Source: a virus (Duplodnaviria > Caudoviricetes). Taken from it: a stretch of DNA of 64,000 nt. The first letter of the stretch is position 1; each line of letters begins with the position of its first letter. The position numbers were made by a program, and so were the translations under genes. Positions 17,299-24,029 of this stretch are shown piece after piece. The stretch lies in the IMG/VR virus record IMGVR_UViG_3300017933_000003, positions 1-64,000 of that record; one strand, written 5' to 3'. The notes beneath the pieces were generated by a model. The model saw only the letters and a program-made list of their open reading frames with translations, did not search any database and was not told the DNA's origin.

Positions 17299-17420
17299 CG
17301 GCGATTAGTACAGTCTGGTAGTACGCTTGTTTTGGCTTGTTAATCATAAATAGTGATGGAATATTCGCTACTTATGACAAGTACAAGAGGTCAGAGGTTC
17401 GAATCCTCTATCGCCGACCA
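17299..17420 (+). tRNA. tRNA-Pro(UGG) with a 45-nt hairpin insertion 3' of the anticodon
   Basis: CGGCGAT/ATCGCCG+ACCA; CTTGT-TTTGG-[17336-17380]-GT-ACAAG. Confidence 0.8.
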
Positions 17421-17559
17421 ACTAGTTTAGCTTCTTTATAGTTTACCTATAAACGTGAGATTACTGAACCTCACCACTTTGTGATGCTTAGCATGATAAA
17501 AGCCAAATTATAATTGTGGTACTGGTCAACACGCCAGTGAGCTGAATGAATGTGTTAAT

Positions 17560-17634
17560 CAGAGTGTGGTGTAAGGATAGCATGAGCCGCTTGGAACGGT
17601 TCGGAATTCCGTTTGACTCGGATCACTCTGACCA
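17560..17634 (+). tRNA. tRNA-Pro(UGG)
   Basis: CAGAGTG/CACTCTG; AGCCG-CTTGGAA-CGGTT; CCA. Confidence 0.85.
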
Positions 17635-17921
17635 CTCTATTTCGAAAAGGTACGTAGTAATTAAGTTTACCGGGGTAGAGCGTTTGCTAAGTATCAATTT
17701 ATGCAAGTTAGTAAACTTGTGGTGTAGTTCCATTTCTACTCCCTAATATGCAATGGACCAATTAGAGGCTGAACTCTAATAGCGTAATCGGATGCGCTTG
17801 ATATTCCGATTGGCGGCGGGAAGATAGTATAATAGCTATCCCTCCTGAGATTGTTAATTGCTCATTAACTAATTAACTTGCAGCCCAGAGCTTCGAGGCG
17901 CAGAATATCGAAGCTGCTTAT

Positions 17922-17998
17922 TCCTGCTTAGCTCAGTGTTAGAGCATCATCCGTTATGGGGTGAAGGTCGGTCGGTTCAATTCCACCAGTGGGAGCCA
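17922..17998 (+). tRNA. Asn-like tRNA with an aberrant 8-nt anticodon loop
   Basis: TCCTGCT/AGTGGGA+G+CCA; TCATC-CGTTATGG-GGTGA. Confidence 0.6.
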
Positions 17999-18001
17999 TA
18001 T

Positions 18002-18121
18002 GTTTCAATAGCTTAAGAGTTAAGTAGGCAAGATGATTATTCGCGCGAAACAAGTCTTGCCGAAGGTAGAGCGCCCTTATTCAATAGGGAGATGGAGGTT
18101 CGAATCCTTCTTGAGACACCA
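18002..18121 (+). tRNA. tRNA with a hairpin inserted in the D loop; best-fit anticodon UCA (possible opal suppressor)
   Basis: GTTTCAA/TTGAGAC+ACCA; GGCAAGA/TCTTGCC hairpin within the D loop; CCCTT-ATTCAAT-AGGGA. Confidence 0.65.
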
Positions 18122-18199
18122 GGAAACAAATGCCCGAAAGGGATTACATTTTTATTAGTAAAGCGACATGTTTTCCGAATCGATGATATATGTCATAGT

Positions 18200-18745
18200 A
18201 TGAGCACGAAGAAATGCACTCAATGCGGTATTGAAAAAGAATTTTCGGAATTTAGCCCGAAAGGTAATGGTAAATACGCCAGTCGATGTAAAATTTGTAT
18301 CGCCGCTAATAAACGCGTAAAATATGTTAGGCACCCAGGGGCGACCCGTCCTCCTGTTTTAGAAGGAGATACTAAGCGGTGTCGAATCTGTTTAGAAGTG
18401 AAAGATATAAGTGAGTTTTATTCTAATAATGGATGTGGCACCCATAGAAATGAATGCAAATCTTGCCTAATAGACAAAAGAAAAAAGAAATACGATCAAA
18501 CGCGCCAAATTTTATGGAACTATCTAAAAGAGCATCCGTGTGTAGATTGTAGTGAAGACGATCCGCTCGTTTTGGAATTTGACCATATTTCGAATAAATT
18601 TCAAGAAATTAGTGATCTAATAAGAAATGGATATAATGTAGAAACGATTTTCAAAGAGATTGAAAAGTGTGAAGTAAGATGTGCCAATTGTCATCGCAGA
18701 AAAACTGCGATTCAACTCAATTGGTATAAAGATGTGCAAAAGTAA
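18200..18745 (+). CDS. HNH homing endonuclease with zinc-ribbon repeats
   Basis: CVDC...LEFDHI...CEVRCANCH; start ATG 18200. Confidence 0.82.
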   Translation: MSTKKCTQCGIEKEFSEFSPKGNGKYASRCKICIAANKRVKYVRHPGATRPPVLEGDTKRCRICLEVKDISEFYSNNGCGTHRNECKSCLIDKRKKKYDQTRQILWNYLKEHPCVDCSEDDPLVLEFDHISNKFQEISDLIRNGYNVETIFKEIEKCEVRCANCHRRKTAIQLNWYKDVQK

Positions 18746-18750
18746 TTAAC

Positions 18751-18820
18751 GTCGTTGTAGCATAACCTTCAATGCAGGGGACGCCTAATATGTGTGGTGT
18801 AAATCCCACCAACGGCGCCA
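18751..18820 (+). tRNA. tRNA-like RNA lacking a normal anticodon arm
   Basis: GTCGTTG/CAACGGC+G+CCA; GCAT/ATGC D stem; GTGG-TGTAAAT-CCCAC T arm; only AGG-GGACG-CCT between them. Confidence 0.6.
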
Positions 18821-18821
18821 A

Positions 18822-18879
18822 AGATTCCGGTTCTGGTGAAAGTGCGCACAAGGTTGGTTCGATTCCAACACGGATATCT
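18822..18879 (+). ncRNA. minihelix-like element (acceptor-like stem plus T arm)
   Basis: AGATTCCG/CGGATATCT and GTTGG-TTCGATT-CCAAC. Confidence 0.4.
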
Positions 18880-18910
18880 AGGCAATATGATGCATAGTAT
18901 TGCCGCCTAT

Positions 18911-18985
18911 TCCTAAGTACCATAAGAGCAATGGACCTCGCTGTTAACGAGTTATATGTGGGTGCAACCCCTACCTTAGGAGCCA
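18911..18985 (+). tRNA. tRNA-Asn(GUU)
   Basis: TCCTAAG/CTTAGGA+GCCA; loop CTGTTAA; T-loop TGCAACC. Confidence 0.88.
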
Positions 18986-19687
18986 TTATATGAGCGATAA
19001 TGCTAATTGATTTTTTCTTGGCATAGATAGTTTATGTTCAGGGTAGTATAGCCAAGTTAATAATTTTTGGGCATTTGAATCATTAAATTGTAGTCGATAT
19101 TGATTGCAAGTCGCAATGACCTCTTTACCTCTAATGATTGAGTTTTTTGGACTCAATGTAATTATGTGGCAGCTAATATTACTTGGTATTAGTGATGATA
19201 TTTGTTCAATAAATATTTTTGAGGCAGAACACAAATATATTGTTCTTTTAGTATACCAGTATTCTTTATTGTTTTTAACTTTCTTATATGGGCACGAGGT
19301 AATTGATCCGTCCCCATCAATTAGTCCTCGGATAAAGTCTCGATGATATTTTTCTGGTATCGTTTTTTCTAATAATAAAGTTTTAGATTTGCGTGGAGTG
19401 CACCCATAAGATATGAGCCAACTCATAGCATCAATATCCGAAACTTCTATTGCGCAGCAATTAAGTCGGTCGTATAATGGCTTGTTAGGACAAATAATAT
19501 CTCGGATATTTTCAATCCAATCTCTATCTTTAGATATTATACTAAAGGAGACGTGATGCTTGGTATCGTTGATATTACCGTCCGTCATATACGCGCCCAA
19601 TAAATAAAATGAGACATCGTCTTCACGAAGAAACACATCAGAGTTAACGATATATTTTCTGACAGTAGCTTTTTTCATAAGTTCCAT
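18986..19687 (-). CDS. LAGLIDADG homing endonuclease
   Basis: YLLGAYMTDGNI and FIRGLIDGDGS; start placed at ATG 19687 with AGGAG RBS (track start 19708). Confidence 0.85.
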   Translation of the reverse strand: MELMKKATVRKYIVNSDVFLREDDVSFYLLGAYMTDGNINDTKHHVSFSIISKDRDWIENIRDIICPNKPLYDRLNCCAIEVSDIDAMSWLISYGCTPRKSKTLLLEKTIPEKYHRDFIRGLIDGDGSITSCPYKKVKNNKEYWYTKRTIYLCSASKIFIEQISSLIPSNISCHIITLSPKNSIIRGKEVIATCNQYRLQFNDSNAQKLLTWLYYPEHKLSMPRKNQLALSLI

Positions 19688-19766
19688 AGTGGCTCCTAAA
19701 ACATACACTCGAACTAATATATCAGGCTATGCATAGATTTTCTACCCCAAGAAAGGTAAAATTAAC

Positions 19767-19931
19767 ATGAGCGCACGTAATGATGCTAATTGGATTATCA
19801 GCGCCTCGACTGGTGTGCCAGATCCCCGCACTAGTCAAATTCTTAGGAAAGCTGGTGAAGCTATTTTAAATCTTGTTAGAGATTTGGAAGATGCTCAAAA
19901 TGAAATTGAGTCTCTCAAACGAAAAGTGTAA
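19767..19931 (+). CDS. small hypothetical protein (54 aa, not in the ORF track)
   Basis: MSARNDANWIISAS...EIESLKRKV*; AAGGT RBS. Confidence 0.5.
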   Translation: MSARNDANWIISASTGVPDPRTSQILRKAGEAILNLVRDLEDAQNEIESLKRKV

Positions 19932-19945
19932 GCTTAACTTAGGTT

Positions 19946-20118
19946 CCCAATAACCTTTTAATATTGGGTGGTGCCCCTCTAACGAGGGCGGGTTTCCAAT
20001 AACCTTAATGTTGGATGGTGGAGGCGAACAATCGTTCGCCCTTTTATTATCTCCTCTGCCCAATCTGATTGGGCTATCTTCGGATAGAAAACAGGCTGAA
20101 ATAATGCTTGAGAGGAGA
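19946..20118 (+). ncRNA. structured intergenic RNA with a repeated hairpin and a multi-branch junction
   Basis: four hairpins followed by a TCTCCTCT/AGAGGAGA-closed junction containing a UUCG loop. Confidence 0.5.
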
Positions 20119-20137
20119 CTATTTTTATGGTGGAACA

Positions 20138-20326
20138 ATGACTATCAGTGATGGAAGTCGTGAGTTAAAGCCTGGCAATGTGTTCTATGTGGGAACCGAT
20201 GAAGGAGAAACGGTTAAGTTTCAATTCCTCCGATATCTCAACGAAGAACAAACTAAAGCCGAAGTGGAGTTCCTGTCTGGTCCTAATAAGGGTTTGACTA
20301 CTATCATGGAAAAAGAGCTTAATTGA
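20138..20326 (+). CDS. hypothetical protein
   Basis: ATG 20138 with GGTGGA RBS. Confidence 0.55.
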   Translation: MTISDGSRELKPGNVFYVGTDEGETVKFQFLRYLNEEQTKAEVEFLSGPNKGLTTIMEKELN

Positions 20327-20333
20327 AAAATAT

Positions 20334-20405
20334 CTCCTCCTCGTATAACCAATACGCTGCCCTCTAAAAGCAGAAATCAAGGTTAAAATCCCTGGGAGGG
20401 GACCA
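20334..20405 (+). tRNA. tRNA with CUA anticodon (amber suppressor)
   Basis: CTCCTCC/GGAGGGG+ACCA; CTGCC-CTCTAAA-AGCAG; T-loop TTAAAAT. Confidence 0.7.
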
Positions 20406-20492
20406 GTCTGTGTATGGTGTAATTAGCACTCTAAATAAGGTTCGATTCCTCTTTCACGCGCAATTTGATGAAGTCGTGATATATAATATTAT

Positions 20493-21386
20493 ATGAAACC
20501 AGATTTCGAGACAAATTGTGGATTTTGTGGAAAACTTTTTATCGTCAAAAGAAAAAGTTATCTCGATCAAATTAGACGAAACAGTAATCATACTTTTTAT
20601 TGTAGCGACGAATGTCGTCGTGAAAAAGCTAAGACAGGACAATATATAAATTGTCTTATTTGTGGCAAAGAAGTTTATAAAAAACTAAATGAAATAGAAG
20701 CGGGCGCCCGCTTTTGTTCCTCATCTTGCGCAGCCCAATATAATAATCAAATCAGATTAACTACAAAAGGCAAACTTAAAAACTTAATTTGTGCCAAATG
20801 TGGTTGTGAGTATATAGGCTCAATTCATACTCCTACATCAACAGGGTTATGTGATTTGTGTGGTAGTGAGTCTAATTGTATTGATTGTGGTGCAATAATT
20901 CACGGGAGTTCTGGCATAAAATATTGTGATTTTTGTAGAACAAAAATAGTTTCTACTAAAATTAAAAACAGAATTAATAATGGAACTTTATTTTCTAAAG
21001 CAATTAAATGTGAATATATGTTCAATGATAAAAAGATAAGGTGCGATTCCAAATTAGAGTATGTCTGTCTGACTTATTTTCAATCCACATATGATGTGTT
21101 AGATATGAAAAGGGCGGATATGGTAATTGCATATATCTTTGATGAAAAAATATGTCATTACTATCCTGATTTTGAGATCTCTTTAAAAGATGGAACCAAA
21201 TATCTCATAGAATGTAAGGGCGTGGTGGGCAAAAAATTATCAGATAAGTGGCACGATTATAATAAAAAAGCAGTAGAGAAGAAAAAAGTTTTAGAAAAAT
21301 GGTGCCAAGAAAACGGATATATACCGTTTTGGTTCGATCAACAACGGCATAATAAGATATATAAAAACACGAAAATAGATGCGTAG
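20493..21386 (+). CDS. zinc-finger repeat protein with a TnsA-like PD-(D/E)xK endonuclease domain
   Basis: multiple CxxC/CSxxC; DSKLEY...YYPDF...LIECKG. Confidence 0.75.
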   Translation: MKPDFETNCGFCGKLFIVKRKSYLDQIRRNSNHTFYCSDECRREKAKTGQYINCLICGKEVYKKLNEIEAGARFCSSSCAAQYNNQIRLTTKGKLKNLICAKCGCEYIGSIHTPTSTGLCDLCGSESNCIDCGAIIHGSSGIKYCDFCRTKIVSTKIKNRINNGTLFSKAIKCEYMFNDKKIRCDSKLEYVCLTYFQSTYDVLDMKRADMVIAYIFDEKICHYYPDFEISLKDGTKYLIECKGVVGKKLSDKWHDYNKKAVEKKKVLEKWCQENGYIPFWFDQQRHNKIYKNTKIDA

Positions 21387-21452
21387 GACTTCAGCAAATC
21401 CATCACATTGTCAATGTGAACCAAGCGGGGGCAGCACCCGTCGCATCTGCCA
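21377..21452 (+). tRNA. tRNA-Asp(GUC)
   Basis: AGATGCG/CGCATCT+GCCA; TCACA-TTGTCAA-TGTGA; T-loop GGCAGCA; overlaps the upstream stop codon. Confidence 0.85.
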
Positions 21453-21458
21453 AATTAT

Positions 21459-21533
21459 CCGCCATAACGAGCCGGTAGCTCTGTCGGGTCTTATAAATCT
21501 GACGGTCAGGTTCAACTCCTGAATGGCGGACCA
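21459..21533 (+). tRNA. tRNA-Ile(UAU)
   Basis: CCGCCAT/ATGGCGG+ACCA; loop CTTATAA. Confidence 0.8.
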
Positions 21534-21598
21534 GACGAATGCTCGATTGGGATTACATTACTTCAATGAACAAACATCTCAGTCAAAATCTTGTCGTC
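21534..21598 (+). ncRNA. Y-like stem-loop RNA, copy 3
   Basis: GACGA-ATGC-TC-GATTGGGAT-TACAT...ATCTCAGTC-AAAA-TCTTG-TCGTC. Confidence 0.62.
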
Positions 21599-21601
21599 AA
21601 T

Positions 21602-21675
21602 GGCACTTTAGTTCAATGATAGAACAGACCGCTGAAGACGGTCGGACAACAGTTTGATTCTGTTAGGTGCCACCA
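21602..21675 (+). tRNA. tRNA-Phe(GAA)
   Basis: GGCACTT/AGGTGCC; GACCG-CTGAAGA-CGGTC; CCA. Confidence 0.9.
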
Positions 21676-21690
21676 TAAGGTAATATTAAG

Positions 21691-21912
21691 ATGGCGATCG
21701 ATATCGGAAGAATAGCATACCAAAAATATTTCCAATCAATGGATGGGATGACGGAAGATGTTCGCGGTCTTATAAGTTGGGAAGATTTATCTCGAAGAGA
21801 GAAGGATGCTTGGAGACACGCTGCCGTAGCAGTTGCCCAATATTTAGACGAAGAGAGAAAAAGATACGAATCAGAAAAAGACGAAGATAGCGCAGGTTTT
21901 GAAATAGGATAA
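21691..21912 (+). CDS. hypothetical protein
   Basis: 73-aa ORF between tRNAs. Confidence 0.55.
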   Translation: MAIDIGRIAYQKYFQSMDGMTEDVRGLISWEDLSRREKDAWRHAAVAVAQYLDEERKRYESEKDEDSAGFEIG

Positions 21913-21928
21913 TATCGCATAATATAAT

Positions 21929-22004
21929 CGACCATTCGTCCAACGGTCTAAGACGCGGCTCTGATAAAGCCGAGACACAAGTTCAACTCTTGTATGGTCG
22001 ACCA
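21929..22004 (+). tRNA. tRNA-Ile(GAU)
   Basis: CGACCAT/ATGGTCG; CGGCT-CTGATAA-AGCCG; CCA. Confidence 0.9.
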
Positions 22005-22005
22005 C

Positions 22006-22209
22006 ATGAAATATAGTGTATGGCACAAACAATATCGCTCATACGTAGAGTACGATGATGAGACGGGAACGTTCTTCGATCCTTTTTTGAAAAAGAATTT
22101 AAAAGTTTCTTTCAAGCCCATCAGTTATCAATTAACAATTGATAAAAGAAATTGGATTGTGCAATATAATCCTTTAACAGGTAAAGAGTTCAGAAGAATT
22201 GCCCTATGA
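22006..22209 (+). CDS. hypothetical protein
   Basis: ATG immediately after the tRNA; ATGA overlap with the next gene. Confidence 0.5.
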   Translation: MKYSVWHKQYRSYVEYDDETGTFFDPFLKKNLKVSFKPISYQLTIDKRNWIVQYNPLTGKEFRRIAL

Positions 22210-22769
22210 AATTTTGTTATAAATGCAATTCTGAAAAAGATGAAAGTGCTTTTAGCAAAGATAAAAATAGTCCAGACGGATTACAATCTCAATGCAAAGA
22301 ATGTTTCAAGTTATACAAAAAGCAATATCATAAAAGTAATAAAGATAAAGCGGGTCAATATAAGAAATCATATTACGCTAATAACAAGCGTTCAGTATTA
22401 GATTACAATAATCAATATTACAAGGACAAAAGAAAAAATGATCCATCTTTTAGATTGCGAGATATAATTTCTTCGGCAGTCAATAGGGCTTTACGCGGCA
22501 AAAAGGGTGGCAAATCATTTTTACAGCATGTTCCTTATTCTATGGATGAATTGAAGGCTCATCTCGAAAAGCAATTTGAACCCTGGATGAATTGGAACAA
22601 TCATGGAAAGTTTTCGCCAATTAAGAGAACTTGGCAGATAGATCATATCATTCCGCAAAGTAAATTGCCTTATTTTAATATGACTGATGATAATTTTCAA
22701 AAGTGCTGGGCTTTGAGTAATTTACGACCTTTAGAATCTTTCATTAATCTTAAAAAGAGTAATAAATAA
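22206..22769 (+). CDS. HNH homing endonuclease
   Basis: CYKC...CKEC; WQIDHIIP...CWALSNLRPL. Confidence 0.82.
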   Translation: MKFCYKCNSEKDESAFSKDKNSPDGLQSQCKECFKLYKKQYHKSNKDKAGQYKKSYYANNKRSVLDYNNQYYKDKRKNDPSFRLRDIISSAVNRALRGKKGGKSFLQHVPYSMDELKAHLEKQFEPWMNWNNHGKFSPIKRTWQIDHIIPQSKLPYFNMTDDNFQKCWALSNLRPLESFINLKKSNK

Positions 22770-22799
22770 AAATTACATTAACTATTTGGATATTAAATT

Positions 22800-23066
22800 A
22801 TGAGAAAGTTCAAACCCTATTTAGAAATTATTATCAATTACGAAGGTGGTCAAGATTCCAATTTAGACTATCGTTTGACAGAATACGCCTGGAAGTTTGA
22901 TGGAGAACAGGGTGGTTCTGGTTTTTCTTTTGTGAATGGAATGCGCGACATTAGTTTCGAATTCTCTACTATCAAAAATGCTGTTGCTTTCGTTAAAGCT
23001 GCCAAGAGATTCAAGAGGGTCATCTCTGTCACTTCTCGATCGGTGCTGACTCGAGATGATGGATAA
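22800..23066 (+). CDS. hypothetical protein
   Basis: 88-aa ORF. Confidence 0.55.
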   Translation: MRKFKPYLEIIINYEGGQDSNLDYRLTEYAWKFDGEQGGSGFSFVNGMRDISFEFSTIKNAVAFVKAAKRFKRVISVTSRSVLTRDDG

Positions 23067-23089
23067 TTAGAGATTTAGGAGATAAAAAT

Positions 23090-23548
23090 ATGGGTTGGTT
23101 TGGGTATAGTCTTTATGATGGTGATGATACACAATCGCTGCATATAGATTTTATTAAGTGGGCTATTCCTCAAGTATCCGAAGATACAATTTTTGGGTGG
23201 CTACATTACCGAAAAACAAAAATACCAGCAGGATATTTTTTACAATTCAGAAAAGGCGTTCCTAACCTTTTAAAGAAAATAAAAGCCCCTAAAAACAAAC
23301 TTAATTGGAATGAAGATAAAGCTATTGAATGGCAGATGTTATTGGCGTTATTTGTCGATAATAACTTAATAGTTCCTCATAAAGTTCTGGTATATGGTAT
23401 GTTAGCCTGTTATTATCTATTGGGAGAACATTCTGCTGACTTTCGTGAGCCAAGTAAACGAAGAGCAGTCATTAGAAGATTTATGAAAAAAGTAGATAGT
23501 CTATTTTGTTCTGTTAAGGCTCGTAGAGAAATATCTAAATATATTTGA
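23090..23548 (+). CDS. hypothetical protein
   Basis: AGGAG RBS; 152 aa. Confidence 0.6.
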   Translation: MGWFGYSLYDGDDTQSLHIDFIKWAIPQVSEDTIFGWLHYRKTKIPAGYFLQFRKGVPNLLKKIKAPKNKLNWNEDKAIEWQMLLALFVDNNLIVPHKVLVYGMLACYYLLGEHSADFREPSKRRAVIRRFMKKVDSLFCSVKARREISKYI

Positions 23549-23664
23549 AAACGTTGGGGATAAAACCAACCGGCTGCAATCTGGGAAGTTTTGATAAAGA
23601 TTCTATGCAGAGAATGGCATAAAGTTGAGAGAGATTTGAAACCTCGTTCTCGTACCCAATATAT

Positions 23665-23738
23665 GGGTTCATAGCTTAATGGTAAAGCAACCGGCTCTTA
23701 CCCGGTCGATTAGGGTTCGATTCCCTGTGGACCTACCA
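23665..23738 (+). tRNA. tRNA-Lys(CUU)
   Basis: cloverleaf; ACCGG-CTCTTAC-CCGGT; CCA. Confidence 0.9.
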
Positions 23739-23749
23739 AATTATTAAAA

Positions 23750-24007
23750 GTGAAAGTCAATATGAAAAAAGATAAACCCAACAAAAAGCAACAGGCTATG
23801 ATGGATTTTCTAGCTCTAATTGAGACAGAAGGTCTTCATTATGGTTTGGTTCATCATGGATGTAAAGATGAATTAAAGGCTCTTAAGGACGATGATTTGA
23901 CAGAATTGGTCACTCAACTTAAAACTGTCACGCGTAAGATTGAGGCTAAAATTGAAAAATATGAAGAAGAGGTGGCTCCTTTCTTAAATGATGATTCAGA
24001 TTTTTAA
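23750..24007 (+). CDS. hypothetical protein
   Basis: 85-aa ORF. Confidence 0.55.
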   Translation: MKVNMKKDKPNKKQQAMMDFLALIETEGLHYGLVHHGCKDELKALKDDDLTELVTQLKTVTRKIEAKIEKYEEEVAPFLNDDSDF

Positions 24008-24029
24008 AATCTAATTGTATAGGGAGAGT

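Noticed and set aside
17336-17380. Group I intron or archaeal bulge-helix-bulge intron
   Set aside because: At 45 nt it is far too short for a group I core, and the junction is a 5x1 loop rather than a 3-4-3 motif.
17541-17559. Fifth Y-like RNA starting GCTGAATG
   Set aside because: The 5' word matches copy 1, but no inner stem or complementary 3' strand follows before tRNA-Pro.
19946-20015. CRISPR-like repeat
   Set aside because: There are only two imperfect hairpin copies with no regular spacers and no cas genes. No CRISPR array was seen anywhere in the window.
20406-20460. Additional tRNA after the amber suppressor
   Set aside because: D-like and T-like arms are present, but there is no acceptor pairing, anticodon arm or CCA; treated as a remnant.
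23550-23660. Degenerate tRNA or ncRNA before tRNA-Lys(CUU)
   Set aside because: Only short, weak helices were found, with no consistent cloverleaf or Y-like signature.
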